In this document: in pieces, positions 25,661-35,745 of the stretch
How positions within the stretch are numbered: the stretch's first letter is position 1
Layout of the letters: every line of letters starts with the position of its first letter
DNA from: Candidatus Aenigmatarchaeota archaeon
GTDB lineage: Archaea > Aenigmatarchaeota > Aenigmatarchaeia > CG10238-14 > SpSt-28
Reading direction: 5' to 3'
Assembly (NCBI GenBank): GCA_038997355.1
Contig: JAWBAC010000004.1
Coordinates: 1 to 54,947, forward strand
DNA length: 54,947 nt
Made by a program: the position numbers and the translations under genes
Notes under the pieces: generated by a model
What the model was told of the DNA's origin: nothing
Database searches by the model: none
What the model saw: the letters and a program-made list of their open reading frames with translations, nothing else

Positions 25661-26731
25661 ATAAAAATTTTCGATAAAAGTGGTAATGAAGTATTGCCAA
25701 AAGAAAGAATATTTTATTTACCAGAATTTAAGTTAGAGAAGAATTTTGAACACTATATGTTAAAAGAAATTCATGAACAACCACAAACATCTAAAATTTT
25801 GATAGAAAGTTTAAAACACGAACAAAATTCTGTAATAGACAAAATAATTTCTTTGATTTATAATTCTAAGAAAATTGTTTTTATTGCAGCAGGTTCATCT
25901 TATCATGCAAGCTTAATAGCATCTCATTTATTTAGAAAACTTGGATTCGAGAGTTTTGCTATCATTGCATCGGAATATGAAGAGTTTAATTATGATAAAA
26001 ATACTTTAGTTTTTGCAGTTAGTCAAAGCGGAGAAACTATGGATACTATAATAGCAGTAAAAAACCTTAAAGATAAAGTTAACAAAATAGTTTCTGTGAT
26101 AAATATTCCTCATTCAACTTTACATAGATTAGCAGATTATTCTATTGAAATTAAAGCCGGTATTGAAAAATGTGTTGCTGCTACAAAAACATATACAAAT
26201 CAAGTAATTACATTTTTCTATCTAGCAAAATTGTTGGGAATGAATTTAGATTTAGAAAAAATTCCAAAAGAAATTTCTGAAAGCATAAAGGAAAACGAAG
26301 ATAAAATAAAAAATAATTTTGCTCCTATGTTAAAATCCTTAAATAACTTATTCATTATTGGAAGATCTGTAAACTATTATTCTTCTCTAGAAATTGCGTT
26401 AAAACTTAAAGAAATTTCGTACATTCATGCAGAAGCATTATATGGTGGCGAATTAAAACATGGAACATTAGCATTAATAGATGAAAATTCATGTGTGTTA
26501 GCATTAAATCCTTATTGGGATAAGCACATAAAAACAAACATAGAAGAAGTAAAAGCAAGAGGCGCAAAAGTTTTAGAAATTCCAAAAGATTTTTATGTCA
26601 ATAGTGATTATCCTTATTTCTCTTTGTATTCAGTAATAATTGGTCAATTACTTACTTATTATATAGCTAAGGAAAAGAATTTACCAATTGATTATCCAAG
26701 AAACTTAGCAAAAAGCGTTACAGTAATATAA
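25655..26731 (+). CDS. glmS: glucosamine-6-phosphate synthase, C-terminal isomerase (2xSIS) half (split gene)
   Basis: HYMLKEIHEQP, GSSYHA, SQSGET.DT, VAATKTY, ALKLKEISYIHAE, ELKHG, PRNLAKSVTV. Confidence 0.93.
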   Translation: MKIKIFDKSGNEVLPKERIFYLPEFKLEKNFEHYMLKEIHEQPQTSKILIESLKHEQNSVIDKIISLIYNSKKIVFIAAGSSYHASLIASHLFRKLGFESFAIIASEYEEFNYDKNTLVFAVSQSGETMDTIIAVKNLKDKVNKIVSVINIPHSTLHRLADYSIEIKAGIEKCVAATKTYTNQVITFFYLAKLLGMNLDLEKIPKEISESIKENEDKIKNNFAPMLKSLNNLFIIGRSVNYYSSLEIALKLKEISYIHAEALYGGELKHGTLALIDENSCVLALNPYWDKHIKTNIEEVKARGAKVLEIPKDFYVNSDYPYFSLYSVIIGQLLTYYIAKEKNLPIDYPRNLAKSVTVI

Positions 26732-26757
26732 AAATAAAAATAAAGAAGAAAAAGAGA

Positions 26758-28422
26758 TTAGTCTTCGCTTTCGGTTTCTTCTGATTTCTCTTTTTCTTCT
26801 TTCTTAGGTCTACCCGCAGCTATTATATCATCTATTCTTAATATCATTTCTGCAGCTTCTGTTGCACTTGCTATCATTTGCATCTTAACTTTTAATGGTT
26901 CTATTACTCCTTTTTCTAACATATCTCCAACATCTCCTTTATCAATATCAACTCCGTAAGTTACATTTCCTTTTTCATGTTCAGCCCTTAATTTCAATAT
27001 TATATCTATCGTATCTAGACCTGCGTTTTCTGCAATTGCTTTTGGAATTACTTCGATTGCATCTGCAAAAGCTAATATTGCTAATTGTTCTCTTCCACTA
27101 TATTTATGAGCTTCTTTTCTTACATTTATTGCAATTTCTATTTCTGGTGCACCACCACCAGCAACATAGTAACCATCTGCTAATGCAGATGTTACTGCAC
27201 CTATTGCATCTTCAATGCTTCTATCTATTTCTTCAACTACATGTTCAGTTCCGCCTCTTGCTAATATTGTTACAGATTTTGGATTCTTACAACCTCTTAC
27301 AAATACCATATTTTCTCCTCCAACTCTCTTTTCTTCAACAATTTCTGCATATCCTAAATCGTTTTCGCTTAAATCATCTAAGTTAGTTACAATTCTTGCT
27401 CCTGTTGCTTTTGCAAGTTTTTCCATGTCGCTTCTTTTAACTCTTCTAACTGCCATTATTCCTTTCTTTGCTAAGAAGTGTTGAGCTAAATCGTCGATTC
27501 CTTTCTGACAGAATACTACATTTGCACCAACTTTTGCAATCTTTTCAACCATTTCTTTTAACATTTTCTCTTCTTCAGCTAAGAATGCTTTTAATTCCTC
27601 TGGCTTTGTAATTCTAATCTCTGCATCTGTTTCGGTTTCTTTTACTTCTAATGCAGTATCTAACAATGCAATTTTTGCATTTTTAACTACTTTTGGCATT
27701 TGTGGATGAACAACCTCTTTATCTATCACAATTCCTTTTATTAATTCTGTATCTTCAATGCTTCCTCCAGCTTTCTTCTCTCTTTTTATATCTTCTCTAT
27801 CTATTATAATTTTTCCGTTTTCTTCTCTTGCAACAGTTATTACAGCTTCAACAACTAATTCAGCAATTTTTTCCATTACTTTTGGGTTTTGAGCTAATGC
27901 AGATTTTCCGCTCATAGATGTCATTGCTATTTTCTTCAAAATTTCTCTGTCTTTTAATGTAACTTTTCTTGCAATTCTTTCTAAAGTTTTCTTTGCAATG
28001 TCTAAAGCAATTTTATATCCTCTTATTATTATTGTAGGGTGTATATCTTGATCTAATAGTTCTTCTGCTTTTCTCAATAATTCGCTTGCAAACACTACAC
28101 TAGAAGTTGTTCCGTCACCAACTTCTTGGTTTAATGTTTTTGCAACTTCTACTAACATTTTTGCTGCTGGATGTTCAATTTCCATTTCTTCTAATATTGT
28201 TACTCCATCGTTTGTTATTGTTATGTCTCCTAAGCTATCTACTAACATTTTATCCATTCCTTTTGGTCCTAAGGTTGTTTTTATTGTTTCTCCTAAGGCT
28301 TTAGCAGCTGCTATGTTATTTCTTAAAGCATCTCTGCCTGTGGTTCTTATAGTTCCTTCTGGCAATATTAGTACTGGTTGTCCTCCTAGTTGTGCAAGTA
28401 AAGCTTTTGGTTGCTCGGCCAT
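26758..28422 (-). CDS. ths: thermosome (group II chaperonin) subunit
   Basis: [25 protein letters not shown]. Confidence 0.98.
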   Translation of the reverse strand: MAEQPKALLAQLGGQPVLILPEGTIRTTGRDALRNNIAAAKALGETIKTTLGPKGMDKMLVDSLGDITITNDGVTILEEMEIEHPAAKMLVEVAKTLNQEVGDGTTSSVVFASELLRKAEELLDQDIHPTIIIRGYKIALDIAKKTLERIARKVTLKDREILKKIAMTSMSGKSALAQNPKVMEKIAELVVEAVITVAREENGKIIIDREDIKREKKAGGSIEDTELIKGIVIDKEVVHPQMPKVVKNAKIALLDTALEVKETETDAEIRITKPEELKAFLAEEEKMLKEMVEKIAKVGANVVFCQKGIDDLAQHFLAKKGIMAVRRVKRSDMEKLAKATGARIVTNLDDLSENDLGYAEIVEEKRVGGENMVFVRGCKNPKSVTILARGGTEHVVEEIDRSIEDAIGAVTSALADGYYVAGGGAPEIEIAINVRKEAHKYSGREQLAILAFADAIEVIPKAIAENAGLDTIDIILKLRAEHEKGNVTYGVDIDKGDVGDMLEKGVIEPLKVKMQMIASATEAAEMILRIDDIIAAGRPKKEEKEKSEETESED

Positions 28423-28471
28423 AATAAATAAAAATGAAAGGATATATAAAGTTAACTGTGCAACTAGGTAA

Positions 28472-28816
28472 CTATCTCTCTATCTTTACTCCGCTCGGTG
28501 TAGCAATAATTAAATCTTCTTCAACACCAACAATATCCCCACCAATTGCTTCTACTGTTTTCTTAATTCTATCAACACTTCTCTTTAATTCGCTAACATC
28601 TTTCATTCTCAATTCTTTTATGCTTAGAACAACAATATAACCTTCTCTCAATAAATTTTGCACTTGATAAGTATCGTTAAAGTCTCTAAGTTTTAAAACA
28701 TAAACTTTTTCTTTTCTCTCTTCTTCTGGAGTTACTATTTCGACTTCCTCTTCTTCAACTTCTTCTTTTTTTCTATCTTTTCTAGCGAGTTTTTCAACAA
28801 TTTTCTTTATTACCAT
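28472..28816 (-). CDS. sepF: cell division protein SepF
   Basis: LREGYIVV......ELKR.VDRIKKT.EAIGGDI.G..ED.II.TP. Confidence 0.88.
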   Translation of the reverse strand: MVIKKIVEKLARKDRKKEEVEEEEVEIVTPEEERKEKVYVLKLRDFNDTYQVQNLLREGYIVVLSIKELRMKDVSELKRSVDRIKKTVEAIGGDIVGVEEDLIIATPSGVKIER

Positions 28817-28835
28817 AATTTTATTTTCTATAAAT

Positions 28836-29156
28836 TTATTTATTTCCTTCTAAAAGTTTTTTGAATTCTTTTAATTTCTCTTCCAGTTTTTGTTTATGTT
28901 TTTCTAAATTCTTTAATCTTAATTCTATCAATTCTTTTTCTTCATTAAGCTCGTTAATAATTTCTTGTTTTGATCTTTTTATCAAAACGTTACCAACTAA
29001 TTTATACGCATCATTCTTATCAGTTTTGTTCAATTCTTCTAAAACTTCTTCAATCTCTTTGTTTCTTAGTTTTAATGTTTCAATTTCTAAAACTACATTT
29101 TGATATTGCTGCTGAGTTAACAATATTTCTTTTTGTTTTTCTTCACTTATCTCCAT
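28836..29156 (-). CDS. pfdB: prefoldin beta subunit
   Basis: Coiled coil, YKLVGNVLIK hairpin, coiled coil. Start at ATG 29156. Confidence 0.92.
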   Translation of the reverse strand: MEISEEKQKEILLTQQQYQNVVLEIETLKLRNKEIEEVLEELNKTDKNDAYKLVGNVLIKRSKQEIINELNEEKELIELRLKNLEKHKQKLEEKLKEFKKLLEGNK

Positions 29157-29290
29157 TATAATATATTGATTAACCTTCAAAATAAATTTATATAAAGCTT
29201 TGCGTTTAAAAAATAAATTATTACATTTGATTGTTAACAATATTAGTTACTACCAAAAAGTATTTATTACTTACTTTTTAATAACTAATT

Positions 29291-29647
29291 ATGTTCAGAA
29301 GAACTTGTGAAAAAGTAAAAGACTGGAAAGAACTCTTAGACGAACAAACAAAGCAAACTCTAAAAGAAATACTACAAAAAACACAACTATACTTACCAGC
29401 AATATGTGCAGCAGATGATAGTAGCATAGCACAACTATGGGTAGCAGTAGCTTTAATAAAGAAAGAAATAGATGAAAAACTAAAGCTTTTAGAAGTTGCT
29501 GCAGAACCTTGGAGGGCAATAATTGAAATAGGTAACGCAGAAAAGAGAAAAGCAATAGAAAGAATTGTCTCAGATATTATACAACCAAAAGACAAAGAAC
29601 AAAAAGAAATTGTAGACAAGCTTGTAGATTCCTTAATGAAATTCTAA
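29291..29647 (+). CDS. hypothetical helical protein
   Basis: 118 aa with a AI..ADD..IAQLW.A motif. Confidence 0.7.
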   Translation: MFRRTCEKVKDWKELLDEQTKQTLKEILQKTQLYLPAICAADDSSIAQLWVAVALIKKEIDEKLKLLEVAAEPWRAIIEIGNAEKRKAIERIVSDIIQPKDKEQKEIVDKLVDSLMKF

Positions 29648-29750
29648 TCTTTTTCCTTTCTTTTTTATTTTTTTAATTTAGTAACTATATTTGCTCGATT
29701 GATTTAGTTAATATCTTATTTTTTAGTAAAACATTATTCTATTAAATTAT

Positions 29751-29836
29751 GCCGGGGTCGCCTAGCTGGACCAGGGCGCCGGCCTGGAGAGCCGGTGGGC
29801 GATAAGCCCGCGTGGGTTCAAATCCCACCCCCGGCG
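29751..29836 (+). tRNA. tRNA-Ser(GGA)
   Basis: GCCGGGG/CCCCGGC acceptor stem, CCGGC-CT-GGA-GA-GCCGG anticodon arm, long variable arm, G discriminator. Confidence 0.96.
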
Positions 29837-29997
29837 AAATAGTAGTATTATCAAATAAGTTTGATAAGCGCTTTATAAGATATTTAAATCTAAATACTAC
29901 CTTATAGTAATAAATTATGGAGATGTTTATAAAGAGGAAATTTAACAACAATTGGAACATTTCAAAAGAAGAAATAAAAGAGTCTCTTATGTAAAAC

Positions 29998-30555
29998 ATG
30001 AAACTTTTAAGAAAAATAAATATTAGAGATCTAGAATTCGAGATATATAGAACCGAACCAGAAGATTGGGAAAGAATAAGCGAAGAAATTATGAAAATAG
30101 AATATTCTGCATTTGAAGAAGGGGCAAGACAAAGTAGAGATGATATAGAATCTACATTTATAGATGAGAGAAGTGTTAATTTAGTTATCGTTGATAACAA
30201 ACAAAGAATTATCGGTTATACGATGGGCTCACCTTTAGAAGATTACTGGTTTTCAATAAGATATTTAGAATTATGTCCTGAATTGAAAGGAAAAACCTAT
30301 TATATTGAATCTACTGCACTTTCACCAGACCATCAAGGACGTGGTTTAGCATATATATTGAGAGAAACATTAATAATAGAACTTAAGAAAGAAGGTTATG
30401 AATTTGTATCAAGTCATGCAACTCATCCAGCAATTTTAAGAATATATGAAAAATTAGAAAAAAACGGATTTTTAAAAGATTGTAAAATAGTAGAAAAAAT
30501 AGAAAATTGGATTGGAAATAGAACTGGTTACTTTGTTATATGTAAAATTAACTAA
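29998..30555 (+). CDS. GNAT family acetyltransferase
   Basis: I..IE..AF, IIGY, YIES.AL.P.HQGRGLA acetyl-CoA binding motif. Confidence 0.82.
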   Translation: MKLLRKINIRDLEFEIYRTEPEDWERISEEIMKIEYSAFEEGARQSRDDIESTFIDERSVNLVIVDNKQRIIGYTMGSPLEDYWFSIRYLELCPELKGKTYYIESTALSPDHQGRGLAYILRETLIIELKKEGYEFVSSHATHPAILRIYEKLEKNGFLKDCKIVEKIENWIGNRTGYFVICKIN

Positions 30556-30950
30556 ACAACTTGGGAAGCGATTTTTCCTATCGCACTAAATCTCTCTACT
30601 ACTTCCTTAGCTACAGGTCCTCTAATTTCTGTTCCTCTTGGTTCGCCTTCTTCATTAACAATAACAGCTGCATTATCTTCAAACTTTACTCTTAAACCAT
30701 CTGCTCTTCTAACTTCTTTTCTTTGTCTTATTATAACAGCCCAATATAATTGTTTTCTAGTTTCTGGTGTTCCATCAACTACACTAACTTTAACCATATC
30801 TGCTAATCCAGCTTTAGGATATCTTTTTCTTCTTCCCTTATATCCTCTAACAGCTATAATTTTCAAAATTCTAGCTCCAGTATTATCAGCACAAACCAGA
30901 TAGCTTCCAACATTCAATCCTTTTGTAACTTTGGAAGTTATTCCCTTCAT
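30552..30950 (-). CDS. rpl14: 50S ribosomal protein uL14
   Basis: [28 protein letters not shown]. Confidence 0.98.
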   Translation of the reverse strand: MKGITSKVTKGLNVGSYLVCADNTGARILKIIAVRGYKGRRKRYPKAGLADMVKVSVVDGTPETRKQLYWAVIIRQRKEVRRADGLRVKFEDNAAVIVNEEGEPRGTEIRGPVAKEVVERFSAIGKIASQVV

Positions 30951-31285
30951 ATTTTACTTATTACAACAAAATGTTTTGTTTTTGATAAAGGTCTTGTTTC
31001 TCCTATTAAAACTTTATCTCCTTCCTTAACTTCAATGCAATCTGGTAAATGTGCTTTAATTTTGCTTCTTTTTCTCATATATCTTTCATACTTTGGAACA
31101 TATACAACATATTCTCTCATAACAGTAACCGTTTTGAAAGCTTTAGCAGAGACTACTATACCTTCTAATAATTTACCTCTAATTTTTATATGCCCATGCC
31201 ATGGACATCTAACATCGTTGCAGAATTTACTAGGTGGATTAATTCCTTCAATTCCTATATTATTTACTTTTTGTTTTTGAGTCAT
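30947..31285 (-). CDS. rps17: 30S ribosomal protein uS17
   Basis: [29 protein letters not shown]. Confidence 0.98.
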   Translation of the reverse strand: MTQKQKVNNIGIEGINPPSKFCNDVRCPWHGHIKIRGKLLEGIVVSAKAFKTVTVMREYVVYVPKYERYMRKRSKIKAHLPDCIEVKEGDKVLIGETRPLSKTKHFVVISKI

Positions 31286-31886
31286 ATAAGATATTTTCTA
31301 AGTAAACCTTTATATTTTTTAAGTTTAAATCTTTAACATCTATAAATTTTACTTTTGCTCTCTTAGCAGCTAACTCATCGAATTTAGAATCTCCAACAAA
31401 AATAATATTTTTAGTTTTAAAGACTTTCATAATTTTGTATAAACCTTCTGGATTCGGTTTATGATTTTTAACATCTTCTTTCGAAACTATATAATCAAAA
31501 AAATTTCGAAGTTTAAATTCATTAAGTACTTTTTCAACTAAGTTTTTCGAAGAAGATGAAAATATAGCGATTTTAATTCCTTTTTGTTTCAACTTCTTAA
31601 CAATATTAACCACTCTTTTCTTTATTTTAACTTTTTTCAAATTTTTAAAAAAGTAATAGTCTTTCAGTTTTCTTATTTCATCTATTTCTTCATTTTTTAT
31701 GTTAGGAATTAATTCTTTAACTATAGTTTCAAGAGGTAAGCCAACAAATTTTTTGAACCTTTTATATAGGGAATTATAGTTTTTGTAGCCTAAAGTCTTA
31801 ACCGCAAACTTAAATGCTTTAGCATGCAATTCTACGCTATCTATTAAAGTTCCATCTAAATCAAAAACAAAAACAATATCTTTCAT
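31260..31886 (-). CDS. HAD-superfamily phosphatase
   Basis: FDLDGTLIDS, KP.PE, VGDS..D..AA. Confidence 0.9.
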   Translation of the reverse strand: MKDIVFVFDLDGTLIDSVELHAKAFKFAVKTLGYKNYNSLYKRFKKFVGLPLETIVKELIPNIKNEEIDEIRKLKDYYFFKNLKKVKIKKRVVNIVKKLKQKGIKIAIFSSSSKNLVEKVLNEFKLRNFFDYIVSKEDVKNHKPNPEGLYKIMKVFKTKNIIFVGDSKFDELAAKRAKVKFIDVKDLNLKNIKVYLENILYDSKTKSK

Positions 31887-32053
31887 TAAACTTTAAACTT
31901 TTTCCTTCTCCAATTAGTTTCAAAGTATGTCCAAATTCTTCTTGTCCTTACTCTTTTTAATCCAAACTTTCTTATACTAGCCCAGATTGGTGCATCTTTT
32001 ATTTTTCCTAGTTTTCCTAGTTTTAATTTTTTTGTTATATGTCTTATTGCCAT
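31886..32053 (-). CDS. rpl39e: 50S ribosomal protein eL39 (55 aa, not in the ORF track)
   Basis: MAIRHITKKLKLGKLGKIKDAPIWASIRKFGLKRVRTRRIWTYFETNWRRKKFKV* has the KKL.L.K......P.W and WRR.K.K eL39 pattern. TAATG overlap with the HAD gene. Confidence 0.82.
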   Translation of the reverse strand: MAIRHITKKLKLGKLGKIKDAPIWASIRKFGLKRVRTRRIWTYFETNWRRKKFKV

Positions 32054-32071
32054 AAATATTTGAGAAAAAAT

Positions 32072-32980
32072 TTAAATATTAAGTGATAGCTTTAAAAGAA
32101 TAGGAAGAATAATAGTTGCATCACCAAAAATATTAATATGTTTTGCATTTTCTTTTATTTTGTTCCAACTTATTGCCTCTCTTGTTTTTGCACCACTTAA
32201 ACTACCATCTTCTTCTATAGCTGTAGATATATAAATTGCATATTCTAAACCGTTTTTAAATTGAGCATGCCAAATAGCATGATGTTTAGAAATTCCACCA
32301 CCTATTATTAGCGCGGCTAATTTTTTACTCTTCCAAATTATATCACTAATTAAACTCTCATCAATCGCTATATTAACAATAAAATCTCTGTGTTTTTGAG
32401 TAAAAAGCCAAATCTGATATCCAACAGCACCATCAAAAATTCCTGGAATAATTATAGGTATTTTATTTTTATTTGCCCAATAACATATAGAATTTTCATC
32501 TAATTTTTCGCCAATTTTCCAACATAACTCATAAGTTGAAATTTCTTTCTTTTCGCTATAAATTTCTTTTAGAAAATTTTGCATAAACTTCTCTATCGTT
32601 ATTCCATAATTTTCAAAAGGTATTAAAATGTTTCCTAATCTATGATAACCTTCTTTTTTTAATTCTTTATCATCTAATTCAAAATAGCCTTGATAATATT
32701 TTCCAAATGTTTTAGCTATATCATGATCTAAAGTTGCGCAAGTAGTAATTACTAAATCAAACAATTTATTTTTTAATAAATCTCTAAATAATCCTCTTAA
32801 GCCTGTAGAAACTAAATTTCCAGTAAAGGTTAAAATTTTTGTAATGTCTTTGTTATTAAAAACTTCTTTAAGAATTTCTGCAGCTAAATAAATGTTTCTT
32901 GCTTGAAATCCCCCGATATTTTCAAATGTTTTGTTTAAATCTTTTAAATCTTCAAAGCTTAAATCTTTAACTTCTTTCAT
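32072..32980 (-). CDS. dys: deoxyhypusine synthase
   Basis: GGFQA, TGNLVSTGLR, HRLGNI, GGGISKHH, DGSLSGA..REAISW.KI. Confidence 0.95.
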   Translation of the reverse strand: MKEVKDLSFEDLKDLNKTFENIGGFQARNIYLAAEILKEVFNNKDITKILTFTGNLVSTGLRGLFRDLLKNKLFDLVITTCATLDHDIAKTFGKYYQGYFELDDKELKKEGYHRLGNILIPFENYGITIEKFMQNFLKEIYSEKKEISTYELCWKIGEKLDENSICYWANKNKIPIIIPGIFDGAVGYQIWLFTQKHRDFIVNIAIDESLISDIIWKSKKLAALIIGGGISKHHAIWHAQFKNGLEYAIYISTAIEEDGSLSGAKTREAISWNKIKENAKHINIFGDATIILPILLKLSLNI

Positions 32981-33023
32981 TATTCTCTTTTAAACTTAAA
33001 TTTTAAATATCCAAAATTATTAA

Positions 33024-35324
33024 ATGAAAAAAGAAGAATTAAGAAAATATTTTTCAGAAAACTGGAAAGAATTCTATGATTTAGAATTTTTTAAAGAAGT
33101 TGGTTTTAAAAGAAAACAATGCATAAAATGCGGAAAATTCTTTTGGACTTTAGATGAAAATAGAAATACATGCGGCGATTCAAGTTGCGATGGTTATAGT
33201 TTTATTGGTAAAAAAATTGAAGATATAGATTATGTTTCTGCTTGGAAAAGAATAGAAAAATTTTTTGTTAAAAATGGGCATGAAAGTGTTAAAAGATATC
33301 CTGTTGTAGCTAGATGGTTCCCAGATTTATATTTTGTTGTAGCTAGTGTAGTTGATTTTTACAGAAAGATTAATGGTAACATAGATTTTGAATTGCCTGC
33401 AAATAAAGTGATTGTTCCTCAATTTTGCTTGAGATTTAACGATTTAGAAAATGTTGGAATTACAGGTAGACATTATGTAAGTTTTGTTATGATTGGTCAG
33501 CATACTATTCCAGAGCAAAATGGATATTGGAAAGATGAAACTATTAGATTAGATTTTGAATTATTAACAAAAGAATTCAAAATTAAGCCAGAAGAAATTA
33601 CTTTCATAGAAGATGTTTGGATAGGTTCGCAAGCATTTGGATATTCCTTAGAATATTTCGTTAGAGGTTTAGAGTTAGGAAATGCTGTTTTTACAGAATT
33701 TGAGTTTTATGGAAGTTCATTCAGAAAACTTAAAAAGAGGTTTGTTGATATGGGTGCTGGATTAGAAAGATTTCCTTGGCTATTATCTGGAAAGGCTACT
33801 AGTTATCAAATAACTTTCGAACCAGTAATAGATTATATACTAAAATCTATAGGAATGGATTTTGATGAAGACTTCATGAATAAATTTTATTCTGTTGCAG
33901 GATATTTCGATTTAACTGAGATCGAAAAAGATAAGTTTTTCGACGAAATGGGTAAAAGATTAGAATTAGATGTAAAGGAGATTGCAGAAAAGATAAATTT
34001 ATATTCTTCTATTTTTAGAATTGCAGATTTTAGTAGAGCTTTACTATTAGCAATAAACGATGGAGCATTGCCGAGCAATGTTGGCGGTGGATATAATCTA
34101 AGAGTAATTTTGAGAAAAATGTTCAAAATTATTAAAGATTATAACTTTTCTTTTGATTTAATTAAAATTTTTGAAATTCTTTCAAAACAATTAGAATATT
34201 TTGATGATTCGCTAAAAGAAAGCATTGATATAATTCAAAAAGTTATTGATGTCGAAAAAAGAAAATATGAATCTACTAAACAACAAGCATCTAAAATAGT
34301 TTCTAAGTTATTAAAAGAAAAAAGAGAACTATCTAAGGAAGATTTAAAGTTATTGTATGAAAGTTATGGAGTTAGACCAGAGTTCTTAGAAGAAGAGTTC
34401 GGAATTAAAGTAGATAAAAGTTTTTTGGAAGAATTAAGTAAGAAAGAAGAGAAAAAAGTTAAATCGGAAGTTAAAATAGATATTCCAGAAATTGAAACGA
34501 AAGAAATGTATTATGAAGAAATTTATGAATTTGATGCAAAAATTCTGAAAATAATAGATAATTTTGTAATATTAGATAAAACTGCTTTCTTTCCAATGCA
34601 AGGAGGTCAAAAATATGATACTGGATATGTTGGTAATGCAAAAGTTTTAGAAGTAATTAAAATTGGAAAAACTATTTTGCATAAAGTAGATGATGTTTCT
34701 ATTTTAAAAGAAGGTGAAACAGTTAAATGTATTGTTGATAAAGAGAGAAGAAAAAGATTAACTATTCATCACGATGCAACTCATATATTATTAGCAGCTT
34801 GTAGAAGGGTTTTAGGAAAACATGTATGGCAAGCAGGTGCTGAAAAAGATGTTAATAAAGCAAGATTAGATATCACTCATTTTGAAAAGTTAAGCGATGA
34901 AGAGATTGAAAATATTGAAAAAGTTGCCAATGAAATAGTTGCTGCATCAATACCTATCGAAAAAGAATTCTTAGAAAGAAGTGAAGCTGAAAAGAGGTAT
35001 GGATTTAGAATATATCAAGGTGGATATGTTCCTCAAAAAATAATAAGAATAGTAAAAATTGGAAATATTGATATAGAAGCATGTAGCGGAACCCACAGCA
35101 ATAATACAAAAGAAGTGAAACTAATTAAAATTGTTTCTACCAAAAAGATTTCTGACGATGTTGTTAGATTAGAATTTGTAGCTGGAGATGCTGCAATAGA
35201 ATTTCTAAAGGAAAGAGAAAAGATATTAGATGAGATATGCAGATTTTTAAATTGCAGCTATGAAAATGCATTAGAAAAAGTTAAAGAACTTTTTGATACT
35301 TGGAAAAAATTAAGAAAGACCTAG
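33024..35324 (+). CDS. alaS: alanyl-tRNA synthetase (archaeal type, lacking C-Ala)
   Basis: RYPVVARW, GRH, ELGN.VF, VDMG.GLER, PSNVGGGYNLR, and editing motifs H.ATH and CSGTH. Confidence 0.96.
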   Translation: MKKEELRKYFSENWKEFYDLEFFKEVGFKRKQCIKCGKFFWTLDENRNTCGDSSCDGYSFIGKKIEDIDYVSAWKRIEKFFVKNGHESVKRYPVVARWFPDLYFVVASVVDFYRKINGNIDFELPANKVIVPQFCLRFNDLENVGITGRHYVSFVMIGQHTIPEQNGYWKDETIRLDFELLTKEFKIKPEEITFIEDVWIGSQAFGYSLEYFVRGLELGNAVFTEFEFYGSSFRKLKKRFVDMGAGLERFPWLLSGKATSYQITFEPVIDYILKSIGMDFDEDFMNKFYSVAGYFDLTEIEKDKFFDEMGKRLELDVKEIAEKINLYSSIFRIADFSRALLLAINDGALPSNVGGGYNLRVILRKMFKIIKDYNFSFDLIKIFEILSKQLEYFDDSLKESIDIIQKVIDVEKRKYESTKQQASKIVSKLLKEKRELSKEDLKLLYESYGVRPEFLEEEFGIKVDKSFLEELSKKEEKKVKSEVKIDIPEIETKEMYYEEIYEFDAKILKIIDNFVILDKTAFFPMQGGQKYDTGYVGNAKVLEVIKIGKTILHKVDDVSILKEGETVKCIVDKERRKRLTIHHDATHILLAACRRVLGKHVWQAGAEKDVNKARLDITHFEKLSDEEIENIEKVANEIVAASIPIEKEFLERSEAEKRYGFRIYQGGYVPQKIIRIVKIGNIDIEACSGTHSNNTKEVKLIKIVSTKKISDDVVRLEFVAGDAAIEFLKEREKILDEICRFLNCSYENALEKVKELFDTWKKLRKT

Positions 35325-35745
35325 ATGATCAAATTATTAAGGTTTTAGAATTTTAATATAATATATTGTGTGTGATAAAACAATCTTATGAATTATCACA
35401 AAAAGAGTGTTTTCAACATACTGAGTACATAAAAAAGATGAATCTTCTATAGCTTTTAGACAATTTTCCGAAATCTCTGCATTACTTTCTTTTCTTACGA
35501 TATTTCAAATTTCATCATTCGACTTGAATATATTTTTATTTTTACTCCAACGAATAATAATAAATATCCTTCTACTTTTCCTTCTAGAATGTTCTGCATA
35601 CAAAAAGCTTCTAATTTCATAATCTCTTTCCCAATATATTAGTAACTTTGATTTTTAACACTTTTGATACTATCTTCTTTTTTAATTAAATTAGATCATA
35701 CTACTTTAAATTTTAAAAATTTGTCATATCTTTTTTATTTCCTGA

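Noticed and set aside
29157-29290. AT-rich spacer with the palindrome ATTGTTAACAAT as a possible origin or operator
   Set aside because: No ORB-like repeats, and a short AT-rich palindrome is expected by chance.
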